NCBI RefSeq assembly: GCF_003704095.1
Contig: NW_020843392.1
Location: forward strand, 62,001-126,000
Direction of reading: 5' to 3'
DNA length: 64,000 bases
Origin: Pocillopora damicornis
Lineage: Eukaryota
Shown: piece by piece, positions 1-13,900 of the stretch
How the letters are laid out: each line of letters starts with the position of its first letter
How positions within the stretch are numbered: position 1 is the stretch's first letter
Position numbers and translations under genes: made by a program
Notes under the pieces: model-generated
Databases searched by the model: none
What the model was told of the DNA's origin: nothing
What the model saw: the letters and a program-made list of their open reading frames with translations, nothing else

Positions 1-1060
1 GATAATTGGCCGGCTGTTTTGTGTATATTCATCATCATTCGCTGTGCTTATATCAATATTTCAGGACGAAATGATGTCCTTATGTTTGTTTTGTAGGCGA
101 AAATGCCAAAAAATCCGGAGGATAAAATGGCATTCGCAAACTTCTATTCACACTTAAAAGATCTTGATCCAAATTCTGGTGCATAAAACCAAATACAGGT
201 GAAGTATATGAAAAACAATAAAACAGAAATCTCTTAGCGACTATTGTAAAAGCTGCAAACTATTCCTGATAATATATATCATCAGTAAACGTACACTTGT
301 CAGACAGCTTTGGAAGATTCAAGCTAAAACGTTTTTAGAAGGAAATGAAATCTTTAAAAAAGTGCTCGGCAAGATTTCCGCACAGTCTTACTCTTCATTA
401 TGCATATAGTTCTAAGATAAAGAAAACAATGGCCAAAAAGATGATTGGCTTTGAGACCGCGGCTTTATGTTAGAAAAGTGTAGGGTTATACGATAATCTT
501 ATCGAGTGCTCAATATAAAATCAGGTGAACTATTCCTTTACCAAACTCGTTCCTTAAAAAAAATTTAAATTTAAATCAATTTAATATAAAACATCTTGAG
601 CAAAGAGGAAAAGATGAAAAAAAATTCTTCTATCCTGGTGCGTAAAAATTCACAAATACTTGAATAACAATGAGACGAAAATATTTTCAAACGTTTTCAA
701 CCAGCTAAAGTTTTCTTTGGTAATTGTCCTTACTGTCTGCCATACAATTTCGGAGAATTTGGCATCGGATCAACTAAAACTCTCCTCATCGCGCTTATGA
801 AACCATATCAACGCCCACGCGGTTTCTGCTTACATTAATAATAGATAGCGCCACGGTCATCTCAAAAAGTTGGATCATTTGCCGAAGAATCTCAAGATTT
901 TACAGCTTTCTTTACGAGATAGTCACGCTGCACGTTTGAAGAAAAAGCGATTTCTTTCTCAGTCGAAAGGATCGCTGCAAGAAACAACTAAATTTATTAG
1001 CTTCGCAGCACCGTTCGCAAAGAGACCGAAAGTTGTAGTCAGACAGTCCTCTTGGCCCAA

Positions 1061-1313
1061 GTCTACCTGGTCTTCCAGGAGCGCTTTAACGGGCGGTACG
1101 ACAAATATTGTGAACAGTTTCTTCTAGAGAAGAGAGGCGATCGGTTTCTGGCGCGGCTTGATATATTGGAGATTTTCCATAGCCAGTTAGTAACAAGGCG
1201 GAGACGTCGTTATCTTCGAAAAACATATCTATGGCTTTCTACCGTTCTTCTTAAAATGTCTCTATCCCAAAGGTTGCGCAAACTTGCCTTAAAACCTCGT
1301 CGTAAGTCGCTAT
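1061..1313 (-). pseudogene. Decayed RecQ-like SF2 helicase N-terminal fragment, possibly an Academ(H)-type transposon remnant
   Basis: Minus-strand translation (I)ATYDEVLRQVCATFGIETF*EER*KAIDMFFEDNDVSALLLTGYGKSPIYQAAP, then after a frameshift TIFVVPPVKALLEDQVD. These match RecQ motif I (LPTGxGKSLxYQ) and motif Ia (VVSPLxALMxDQV). Two in-frame stops, a frameshift and ATA at the likely start position. Confidence 0.75.
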
Positions 1314-1839
1314 TGTCCGTAAAGTTGACCATGAAAGCACTTTAGTCAACAGCGTAATCATTAGTATAAAAGAAAACCACCAACTCTAGCAATCACAATT
1401 CACGAATTAAAATAAGGTTAACCAATTAAAGTCATTATATATTTTCTTGCAAAAGAGTTACTTCATAGAACACGCTTCGTGGACGTTCCTTCCCTTCTGT
1501 TTCTCCTTGGGAATGGGGGGGGGAGGGAAGGGGTGAAGGGTACGGCTACACGTAAGCTACGTTCTCGCCATTTGTAACAGTTGTCTGCGATCTTTAAGAA
1601 GAAAGATTCTGACCTAGAAACGGATTTTTTATATTACACTTTACGAGGTCTATTTCGGCGGGGGTAAGATCATTCTGTTGAATGCGATCACAATAATGAT
1701 ATCTCGGGAGATCAGGGCCTAGAATTTAAAAAAATATTTGGAATTTGGGAGAGGAAGAAGCCTCTGTCATTAATATATCATTTTGACAGAAAAAAGCCTC
1801 AAGCTTTTTAACACAACATAATAGCGGCCGTGTTCAATT

Positions 1840-1853
1840 TCATGACGTCATGA
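1840..1853. promoter_or_regulatory. CRE (TGACGTCA) within a 14-bp perfect palindrome upstream of the fibulin gene
   Basis: TCATGACGTCATGA about 130 bp 5' of the fibulin ATG at 1982; canonical CREB/ATF site. Confidence 0.4.
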
Positions 1854-1981
1854 TTTTGATGCCCACTAGGCTGAGAAGAGTCACAGGTCAGTAGTTATTT
1901 ACCTCGAGCCTTGAATTGCTCGATCGCAGTTTGGCAGGCATAGCTGTCTTTACTGACTTGTGTGGAGAGCGAATTTAGAGT

Positions 1982-4900
1982 ATGGCGTTCTCGTCAAAGA
2001 TTTTACTGCTTGTGGGTATTTCTCTGGCACAGTTTTACATCGTGCAAGGTGAGTTTAGAGGCGTTTTATTTGACAGCAAGTAATGGACGTGATCGAGTTA
2101 TTTGCGTCTGTTCTAGAAACCAAATATGGATGGTTAATAGACGAAGAGTTATGTTTATGTTTACGAATGCTAGTCGCTCTTTCTTTGGCAGAAATTCGCG
2201 CTTTCTCTTAGACGTAATCAGTAGATTTAAATGTTGTATGTGTTCAAATACCAGTGCAAAATATAAACCGTACGGAATTTATTTGATACATCAGTTAAAT
2301 GTCCATGACACCAGTTTGATATAAGGCATATGTAATCCTTCATCTTCCAGTTGTCCAAACTGTGAAGTAAGTTCGATTATTAGTACCTCATAATAAGGAC
2401 AAAAGCTTCATTCGATCTGCACTCAAACATGTTATCTCCCACTCAAACATGTTATCTCCAACGTCTTGTCCTGCTCTGCTCTATTAAAAGCCATGGGTGT
2501 GATAAAAGCCCAGTGTGATAAATAGTCCTATTTCCTGTAAGGCAACCGACAAGATTGTTTGTTTTTTTGGCGATTCCCCAGCTACATCAATCTTCACTGT
2601 GCTTATCGTCTAATGACAGCCACTCCTAATTAACCAAAGGTTTCTCTAAAGGTTCCAAAGGCCAGCAGTTCGTGCGTGATGCGAAATTATCTGTACCAAG
2701 ATCAATTTGTGCGTCAACAGTTCATTTCGTTGTTTTTCAAAGGGAATGTTTCTACCACAGACGACATGTTGATTCCAGAGCTTCAAACTTTTAGTGCAAA
2801 AGAAATATTATATTAAAAGGGTAGCACCTAACTTTTGAGGTTAAATGCTCAGATTCCTAATCCGACATATATCTTTCCATTTCCACCAATCTTATCAAAC
2901 TCAGTGCAGAGTTAGAACTGGTTAAACATTGCTCCCCGACATCAAAGGGAAAAGGAATTTTAAAACTAATTCAAACTTTGTACTATTGATATTTGAGTAC
3001 ATAGAATAACGCTCAGATGGTCTAGAACAGAGTCCAGTTTGTTTTAAAGCTAGGAAAATATAAAGTTGCGGAAGTCGTAGGGGCTGTTATCAAAAAATCG
3101 ATTTAATGCGATTTACAAAGTTTTTCCGGTTTGTTTGTATTCTTATTTGTCGTTATTTTTCAATTAGTTTTGAGCAAATCAAATAAACCCTCGTACTTGC
3201 AATAGGAGACGTCTGTCACATTGGTAAAATTATTTTGTCGATGTGAGGAGTGTGACAATCATTTCAATCACGCAAACATCAGTTGGAATGCAGATTTATG
3301 TCAAGATTTTTCCGCTGACCCCTAAAGTTACCTCAGACATTTTTTTGTGTTTATTTTCCGTCAACTCCCTTCCTCTCCACATTTGTTACTAATCCAATAT
3401 TTTGCAACGATTAAGACATCCATCACAGGCCAGCGGTAATCAATAATCTTGTATGAATGATAAGATAATCAATTTGAGAAATGTTTCTAATAGGATTCAA
3501 ATATTCTTTTTTGTTCAAAACAAGGATGGATAACCATGCGTAGTGGACTCAATTTAATAGAGGTCTCACTAAGCAAACCACAAGGGCAACCAAAGGAGGG
3601 CTGTTCTCTCTCTTCCCCTTCGTGTCCGTCACGCATGGTACAACATTTGAGTTTTTTATTCGTTCGCTCTCGTCTGTAATGATCAGCGGTATTTCGTGGA
3701 TACTAAACTTTCGTATAACACAGCGGTCAAACGTCTCTGCATAAGCGAACGTTGTAATGACAGGATACCAGTGCTTGAATAGGCTTTGTGTTCGAAAATT
3801 CTCTCGAGTTTTCCTTTTCCCTTCTTTTGTTTCCAATAACAGATTTTTATGAACTCGTCAATTTTCTTTCGCACATTTTACGAGACAGCGGTTGTTTGTT
3901 ATATTTTCCTATGAAATTTCACCGGAACTGATCCCCTCGCGCATGACGTTCAACCGCTGTTTTTATTCGCATGGGGATCTTAACAGAGCCATGTTGAAAT
4001 TAAATCGACTTCTCTTGGACAGAATATTACATTGTCTTGGTTCCGACGGCTGTCTGTGAGTTCTTTTATTCACCATACCAACTTCCTAAATTCAAATTCG
4101 AGATAGGGCTTCTTTGTAATGCCGCGAGGTATGTTCTATTTATTAACGCTTTGCTGGGAGGAATGGTAAGTGTAAATGGTTAAATGTATAGTAAAGGAAG
4201 AGATTTTAGTTACCAATTTCTTTATGTGCAACTGACGCATAAGCTTTTTCACATTTCCTTTCTGACAGGTCAGAGTTACATGAACTGGGTCGGTCGATGC
4301 TGTACTAAAGGTCACCGCAAGGCCTCAAAGAATTATGACCCTTCTTCATGTAATTCGGATGATTTGGACAGGCGACGATTTAATACTAAGTTTGAACGTT
4401 GGATTTGTCGGTTGTCTGAAAGGGTATGCTGTATGAAAGAAATACAGAAGAAAAGCTGCCAGAGCGGAATTTTTGAAGCGTTGTAAGTAGTGACAGAAAG
4501 GGACGCATTAACTTTAAAAGGAATACAAAGCAGTCAAAGGATAACGATAAAAACGGATTATACGTGAAGACGAGTAACCAAATTATTTCAATATGCAAAA
4601 ACCGTTACCTAGAGGTTTATTAAGAACTAACAATTTAAGTATTAAAAGCTTTTTTAAAGCAAAGTCTAGTAATATATCTTATGTTTTTTTAGACTCGGGA
4701 ATTCCTGTGGCAGGTTCATGCCTTTTGTTGGCGGAGATGATTTCCGTGAGTGTTGCGATTGCTGTTCTCTGGGAGTCATGGCCAAAGCGAACAACGATAC
4801 CACTTGCTCAGCGGAAAGGTTCCCGGCGATGCTGCTATCCAACTCAAGCATTCAATGCATCAAAACATTTAAACAGTGTTGCAAAGGTAAGGTCAATTTC

Positions 4901-7900
4901 CCGATCATCAGAAGAGCACTTAAGGACGGCAATGTATTTGTCAAAATGTTTGGATGAAATTGCAATTTAGGAAGACCACTGAGACAGGAACGAAACCCCT
5001 TATCTATTGATTTGTTCTAACCTACTTCGAAAGGCAATGATGCTGAAATTTGATGCTCAGTTCTACCCGCAGATAATTATGTTCGGACAGAGTAAGGTCC
5101 AATTCGACCTGTAATCATCTCTTTCGCGATTATCAGAATCGAACGATGACTAAGCGGGTACTCGATTTGTTACTCACGAGTATAAATATAGAGAGAACTG
5201 GACGACATTCAGTCCCGTTACCAATAAAGTCAACTATAACAAACTTTTAGAGATAAAATACTAACCGAATTAACTTATTCATAAATGAAACATGACGTTT
5301 GAATTTTTTTTCCACGAGAAAGTGTACCACTGATCTCGATAACAGCGCGCGCAAGTGACGTGTACTGTAAAATTACACGCGCATGAGCCTTGTACTGTCC
5401 ACTAGTGGCAAAAGTGGGCAGCTCGGCTTCAGATGTCCTCTCAAGCTCGAGAATTTTGTCATTTTTTATCATTTCTACAGTCTGGATCAGAATACTTAAG
5501 ACGATTGCATGAACCAGGGATACGCCCTAGAATTCGAAGCCCAGAAAATTTCTATAGCCTCTTTTTCCTCTTCCAACTGAGTCAAGTTACAGATAACTTG
5601 GTGAACTCGGTGAGCTCGGCCTTATATTAGGTTCATATACTGACGCCAAGCGCCCTGCGCACTGTTAAGATAAGCATTGGCGATGGTGTCTGTTTATTTA
5701 TATTAAAGGCTGATGAAAAGGTGAATGTTTCCTCCTCAGGAACGATCTCTCTCCCTACGGTCCTTCCAACCGCCAGAAAGCCGAAGTGCTCCGACAATTT
5801 CTGTCAACAGGAATGCCAAGATTCACCCACACAAGGGGCACAATGTACCTGTCGAGATGGATACCTCCTGAAACCTGACAAAGTATCTTGTCAAGGCAAG
5901 GCCGCAGTCTTATTGAACTTTTATTTGGACTTTGTGTATTCTGTATCCATTCTGCAGGTGAATCTGGCTTTTGTAACTGCTGCAAGCTACACACAGGCTC
6001 CAAAAGGAGGGGCGAAAGCTTGTTCAGAACTTGTTTTCGTATTTTCAAAACATACCCATGCCTTATTTGGGCAGTTTACCTGTCATGACCACTTCGCCCC
6101 ATTAAATCTTAATGATGCAAAATAGGAACCCCCAAGTTCAAACCACTCACTGAGTATACCAACAACTTTCCTTTTCTTAAAGACATCAACGAGTGTAAGT
6201 TAAGAGGTGGTAATACATGCAGTCCTTTAGAACGGTGCATCAACACTCCTGGCAGTTATCGTTGTGAGAAGGGAACAACGGAGGCAGCGTGTAAACTGGG
6301 GGAACAACTAGTGGATGGAAGTTGTGTAGGTGAGTGTTATTTTTCTTCTGTGAAACGATAGAAGCTAGTTTTCTCTTCGCAGAGCGTACTCTCCAAGTAG
6401 TATAACGGACTTCGAGGTCACCCTGTCTTGTTTACTTGCTATCTTGTCTATTGTCTAATTTTATGTCAAACGAAACTTGCTGAAGCAGGTTCTTTGGTAG
6501 CTGAATTATTTACACAGGTTCTCTGAAGCTCCCCAGAACGGTATTTCAACTCTCTCCAAGATAACACCCTCTAGTTAAAAAGGAACTGTTTCTTTATTCC
6601 CATCGAATTTTTTTTCTACATATTATAGATATCTTAGGAGAATTTCTATGTTTAACGTGTTTGCCCCCTTCCGCAACTAAAAGATATCAGATATCCCGCA
6701 GAGAACAGTTTAATCGTTGGAAAATAACGTGTCGAGCCTCTTTTTTAACTGGGTGATATCGTTTACTTAGGTAACTTGAGAAGCAAACACCGAAGTACGT
6801 TCTGCCTTTCGCACCTGTAATGTTAAGAACTTCGTCCAAACTTCTGCCACAATTTTTAGGCGTGCATGTGAAAAGTTTCGATGTGGCGCAGTTTAGACAT
6901 CATTTTCGACTTCCTGCACATGCGTTTTTGTAAGTCATACACCAATCGTAATACTCACGAGATATCAAACCTGCTCAATTGAGATGGAAGTGTTTTTTAA
7001 CTGTATATTATTCTTTGATGGACAGATATAGACGAATGTGTGCGTGGACTTCATCGCTGTGGAGCACAGCAGACCTGTGTTAACAATGATGGATCTTACG
7101 TTTGTACCTGCAGGAATGGTTTCCAAGCTTCTGGGACATCATGCATCGGTCAGTAGTCTTAAATCAAGAAATTATAATTGAAATATGGTGGATGTGCTCA
7201 GTAATCCAGGTACTTTTGTTGAACATGGCTATAGGGCGTTCACTGGAAGCCTACTCAATTTGAAGAAGCTTAGTGAAAAACGCAGGGTAGACGAATTTTA
7301 ACGTGGTATCAGCATTTATTACTATGATTTGTATTTGATGATACGAACTCCCTCAAAACATATCGGTCAGTGATGAAAACTGACCCAATGTAACGCGAAC
7401 TGAAAGGAGTGACGCGCACGAATAGAAATGAAATAACCACGATGACATGAGGTGACAAACAATTAATGATGTGGCATGTCTGAACATAACCTCATTTGAA
7501 TTTTACCTCAAAAAGTGCCTCCATGTTACGCGAAACATTAAACCATATGAAGTGTGACCCAATGAAACTATTACGATTTATGTAAATGACACGGATTAGC
7601 CCAAAATGAAAATGGTGATATAGTAAAGAAGACTTCTCAGCGAGTTCACTCACAGCAATCAGATGTTACATGTTTCTATTAAAATCCATAGACAAGGACG
7701 AGTGCAGCACAAGAGAGGCCCGATGCCCTCAGTACTCAAGCTGTGTCAACAATCAAGGGTCTTATCGATGTCAGTGTGAAAAAGGGCGGCAATTACTCAA
7801 TAACAAGTGCGAGGGTATGATGTTCAAGTTGACATTCAGTCCCACGTTTAGCTCCTACTTCCCTTAAATTATTTAATCATTACAGAATCGTCACTTTTAC

Positions 7901-10900
7901 TTGTGTTGTGCCTTACTTCACCCAAAACTATAACTGGGTACCATTAAACAATGAACGAAACCATTCAAAATGACTAAGGGAGCGGAGCGCGATAACCTTC
8001 CTTAAAGTCTCGTACCCAGACCTTTCACGGGCAGAGTTAAACGGGAGGTCTGGATACGAAGCTACCTTTCATGGTGCAACATCCTACCAGGGGAAGAAGG
8101 TAACCCATGCTATTGGTTTGTTCATCCTCGCTGTTAAGACTGGGATAAGCTTCGTCGGTCATGCATCAATTCTCGCCTGCAGACTCGCCTCTCCTTTGCA
8201 CATTTCTATTTCTGACGATAATTTATATTTACACTTTTAGATATCGATGAATGTTCATCCAGCAAATCTCCCTGTGCCCAGGGTACGAGGTGCGAGAACA
8301 CGGACGGATCTTACAAGTGTACCAGGATCACTGTTGCATGCAGATCAGACCAAGTACTCACTGCTAACGGAACATGCAAACGTAAGCTGTAACTGTTATC
8401 ATTATTGTAAGTAAACGGTGACCCTTTTGAACAATCAGTTAAGAGGCGTTTCATATACCATAACACTCTTACTAGATAATAATATGATGTTGCCCATCTT
8501 TGTATACAGGATGTTTTCGCATTAATTACATCCTTTTTGAAATCACTGGTGATCTTTGCAAACTGATTGGCTATCATCGGTGCGATTTATTCACGAATCG
8601 CACATTTTTTTGCTCCAAATCGTATCCTTTCCCTAACCTTTATTGACAACACATCAACCAATCACATTTCAAGGCTTGTTTGAAGTAACCAATTTAAAAA
8701 AATGAAAATGAAAGACAACTTCTGCAACTTTTTACAAACCAGCTTAGCACCGGATTGACATCAAATATTTGATCAGACTTAAACAATCCTTTATTTGAGC
8801 GGCTGCATTTTGTGATTCCTAAATAGATGCAATGGAATGGTAATTGAATTTCATTTCGTGCATTTTNNNNNNNNNNNNNNNNNNNNNNNNNNNNNNNNNN
8901 NNNNNNNNNNNNNNNNNNNNNNNNNNNNNNNNNNNNNNNNNNNNNNNNNNNNNNNNNNNNNNNNNNGTGCTTATTTATTCCAAATTGCACTCGAAATCAT
9001 GTGATTACCTATACAAATAGCACTCCACTCATATCAATTACCATTAGATATGTCCTGCCAGTCAACGAGGCATCTGCAGCTTATTTGAGAGCGAATTGGA
9101 AAGCGCTATTGAAACTACTTGGAAGGAACGCTCCTTTCTGTGTTTTTAACCTTTTTTTAAACGCCATATCATGCGTCGGTGAGAAGAAACAAAAAATTTA
9201 GCACCGTAGGAAAACAGGATTAAGAGAGCCAGTCCCCCCAAAAGACATTCTGTACTAATGATCCCAATTTTCATGACATGAATTTATTAAGTTTCCTTTA
9301 TAAGTTTTCCAGCATTGTCTCTAATCTGTGGATAAATACTCTTTCTTTGATTATCGTGTTATCATCACTTTTCGTTATTACCCTATTCGAAATTATTTCC
9401 ATTTGTCTTTCTGAAATATCTATACAAACACCGAAGCGGGTTTTTAGCGCGTAATTTTGAGCTCATTTTCGCGACATTGTCCACATCAGCTCAAACCTGC
9501 AAATACATTTTTTGTGGTTTAACACTTTTTCTTTATGGACTAATAAAAACTTTCTGGTTTAAGCCAGCACGAGAACGCCTATCGAGGCATTGAAACTATT
9601 TTTATCATTGTCTTTTAATTTTAAGATTAAAGACGCTACATCATATTTTTTCAATTTCGAAATAATTAGCTTAAATATTTGAAGTTAATTATTTTCAATC
9701 TTCCCCGATCTTCGCAATCATTGTTTATCATCTTTTTTGGTATATTCTCACCTCTTAGGTTTTTATTTACAAGGATTATTTTTTAGTCTTCTTCTATGTA
9801 CACTGAATTTTCTTCATATAACAAAATCGTTCGAAAAACTGTGCTGGAGCTGCTTAAAGCAAGGAAAACTCCCTCGCCCAACTCTTGTTTCTTATGCTGT
9901 ATTTTCTGCAGTACTTTCTTCCTCTTTCTCCATTCGGTAGTGATCCCAGCAAAGGACTTTGTTGTTGTAAAAATGGAAGTTTTCTCCAACTCTGAACCTC
10001 TGTCTGCAAATCTGACAGGAGAAGCACTCGATGTGATATGCGTTTTTCGCGGCCCTCATTACAAATTCGAAGGCTGCTATTGGCTTGTTACATGCAGCGC
10101 ACACACCGGGGACACCAAACAACCTGTAGGCAGAACAATATCGGTAACTATAATTGTTAATCAGGGCCGAAAGAGTATCCTCTACGTTGTTATTTGACCC
10201 ACTAGACACAGTATGTTTCAATTTCATGTTAGGGGTGATGAAAACATGTTATGTAGTTGAGAATTCCTGTCACAATATTGAGTTAGTTTAAGGCTGTGCT
10301 AAACTGAGTTTTTTTGCAAGGCGACCTTACATTAATACTCAGCGGGTATTAAGGGAAAAAAACGAGGAAATGTTGAACCAGCGAAGAACGACTTGAAACA
10401 CAAAGTTTGAAAACTGTGGCTTCGCGCTCGGTTATGCGACCACAGTTTCTCCGAATGAAGTGACGTGTTTTTTTTGTTTGTTTTGTTTTGTTTTGCTGTT
10501 CTTCTCAAAAGAGAACTATATTAATATAAGAACCTTTCTGTTTCAGTTACAAATTGTAGCCCATTCGGCTATCGTCCTCAGTCATCGCTCTTTGTCTCAA
10601 AAATTTCACTTAAACACTAACATTTCATATGCTGGTATGAATTCTGATGTCAGAATTTAAGTAGACTTCTTTTCTTCTATAAAAACGGTTCGGTACCAGC
10701 TGAGACAGTTATTGTTTAATTTCTTCTTTTCAATAATCACTCTGTTCCCTAATATGGTAAAGGACATATCCCTAGATCCATGTTAAATTTAAGAAGTCCT
10801 ATCGGTGAGCTGACTCTTGTCTGAACAATGGTTTCAAAACGTGGTCTAAGCCCTTTACATTGCCACACCCCTGTGAGCCAACCGGCTGCGAGTGGTAGCG

Positions 10901-13900
10901 ATCTCATCTTTGATATCTGTTTTAAATAGGAGCAATCAACGTCATTCAATAAAGAACCAGGGTCATCAATGTCCTCGATTCATAGAAGTTAAGTGTTCCG
11001 GAATTTTCTCAATCGCTTTGGTTAACCTAGGCTCCATTTAGACTGAGAAAAAATATTTAGGGGAGGCTAATAAAATGCAGTTCGAAAGTTCATCTATTGG
11101 CGAGAACAGTCAAAAACAGGTTCAGGAAATAAACCGTTTAGCCACGGTTTGCCAACGCAAAAACTGTATAAAAACTAACCTGATGTTTTAGTGAAAGATT
11201 TAGGTGTCTTGGTATTAGAAAATGTTCCTTTTTCTTCATTTCTCTTTTTTTACAGTGTGTGCAACACTAATTTTTATTTGAACTAGTATTCAAGTAACAG
11301 TGTTTTGATTAACTTCGTTGGTGGTTGCGAGCGAGACCAAAACATTGCTACCAATTAAATTCATTATGAACCAAGCTGCACTTGGTTACTAGTTAATTTT
11401 GAACTTTGAAATGGAATCGTCTTTACTGACCTTAAATAGTCTCTCTTGCAGAGAATGAGGTTCGCTTTATTGTAAAGCGTCGATCCAATATCACCAAGTT
11501 TGCACTCACAGCAGTTGCATTTTAAACAACCTTCGTGCCAATAAAGTCCCAAAGCTTCCAACAAGTAGCGATCTGTAATTGGCATTTTGCAGCCGCTGCA
11601 GAGATGAGCGTTTTGCTCTGTTTTTACAAGGCTCTTGTTCTCCGTGGCTAGGTAGAGATGAAGTGAACAGAATTTTACCAAAATAATCACTCAGGTTACA
11701 TCAACGTCAAACAGCTAAAAATTTGTATGTTTTGTATGAGTGAGTGTGGTTTTTAATGCGATTGAGGATTTGTCTTTATTCGTTTTTGTTCATGCCATGC
11801 ACGGTAAATGATTTTGTGATATGTTCCTCTTCGTCTACTTTGAGACGCCAGTTATTTACGCCGTCGAGCTTAGCATTACCTCGTGTTTTTAACATTTAAT
11901 TCCTGTTACTCGATTCATTCTGTCATGTGGGATCACGTACAGAACAAACCAGGTAGATATTTGATATAAATTTAGTACATACCCATGATGTCAGGCTGTG
12001 TCAAGATTTGTCTTTCCCTTCTCTCGAACGAAAAGTGGTTTTCAACGCGCATACAACGAAGTTAATGTCGACAAGAAGTTTTCAACCAGCGATTTCTTGT
12101 AAAACCATTGTCTTCCGGTATGTCATCAACAGTGTTCATTGCTAATGATATCTGGCGGCGACCTAACAAAAACACTGTTATTTCGGCGCGTAATTACCTC
12201 TAATGACGCGACTCTTTCTATTGGCCAGAGTAGACGAAATAGAACAGGTATCCATGAGTAGGGAAAAGAAAACCATCGCAATTATCGAACGCGATAAGCA
12301 AATTGAAAAATGGAACGGTTAACCAAGCATATATTCCTGTCATTAAAATCGGCCCTGTTTCTTACTTTCAGAGGTTAATCAATATGATGGTAAAAACGAA
12401 AAAAATCAGGATATCCACATGGCTTAACGAGACTTTTAAAAGGACGTCTTAGATGCGGTTTTTAAAATCGAAAAAAAAAAACAGCACTCGCAGGATTAAT
12501 CTCTCAGGATAAGAGAATAGACACTAATTGGCCAGCTGTCCGTAGTTTGCATGCAAATTCTTAAAGGTAATTACTATCAAGTTTTGTTTTATATCGCTAA
12601 TGGCTTCTCTTTTATTTCTACGGAAAACAGTTTCAATTGCAGCAAAAAACTTGTAATTAGCCACTGCTAATTTGCCCAACACCCGGGATTGAAATTTGGC
12701 AAACAATTTCTCGATATTTCAGTTTTTGTAAACCTTTCTTCCCGGATGAAATTATGTCTGGTATTTAATCAAACATTTTCCCCTTACTCTAGAATTAATA
12801 TTTGAGAGCTTTAGGGCGGAGAAATTTTTTAGCCTCTACTTGTAATTTAGACAAGAGCGACTTATTAATTGCTCGTTCATTATGAAGAGAATAAAAAGCT
12901 TTTTAAGATGAATAAAAGCGAAACTATCCTTCGCCACAAGCTGATTTACACGGGTACCAAAATTAGAACAATGACTTAAAAAAACACCGCAAACAGAAAT
13001 GGAAAGTTTTACGTTATTTGGCAGAGTTTTTTGTTAATGTTTGTCAAGAAATCAAATATTACCTACTGCACTTTATCTTGATCAATTTCTGATTCCTAAA
13101 TAGAAGAATATCGAGAAAGAACTTTCCACTTACGAGCTTATCACCCTGTAAAAAGCTTATTTGTATTATAACTGCTTTCCTCTCAGTGTCTCAGTGACTA
13201 AATGTAATCATTAATTTATCTACAGCCTCAATCCTTATTTTATTTTTCATCCTTGTGGGCAAATATCCTGCTTGAAGTCTGAGATATCTGTGTTCAGTAC
13301 CCCTCTCGTCAGGTTCAACCTCTTTGCATTAAAACGTGTCCAACTTTATCTGACCCACTAAAAAAATTGTCTTTTGACCAACACGAATTAAGATCGAACA
13401 ACGTTCGGTCTCTGTTAAATTATGTATTGATACAAGTCTCCGATTTTCATAGCCACTCAAAGATTCATTCAGTTTACGAAAATAAACATCGGCTTTACAG
13501 GGAAAGCTGGCGGACTTAAAGCAATATTTTTTTTTATTCAGCCAATTGTGGGTCCTTTTGTACATAAGTCTAACAGAATGAGAGAGAAATTCATTGGTAC
13601 CTGTAACTCAAATACCAAACCTTTGCGACGTTCACTTATCAAGCGTTACACTGAAATTGAAATGAGTCCTCTAAAAACCGTTACGCCATTTCAAAATTCC
13701 TCATAACAACTTGGATCCAAATTTAGCGCAGAAAAAGAATCATGGTTTTTTTTAGGGATCTGTGAGCAAAAAATTGACTCAAGAAATGACTGTAAATTGT
13801 TTTGACACGCGTGCACAGGACGAAGGATATCAATTTGACCTCGTGACAAAGATTTCAATGTAAGCCATGTAGAAATAACATTAACGCTTTGCTTTCAAGT

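Noticed and set aside
870-1345. Plus-strand ORFs of 85 and 97 aa
   Set aside because: Non-ATG starts and no recognisable motifs. They overlap, on the opposite strand, the decayed RecQ fragment that explains the region.
7190-7330. Possible hammerhead (TTGAAGA..GAAT) in fibulin intron 6
   Set aside because: Core nucleotides and stems are not intact; at most an eroded repeat.
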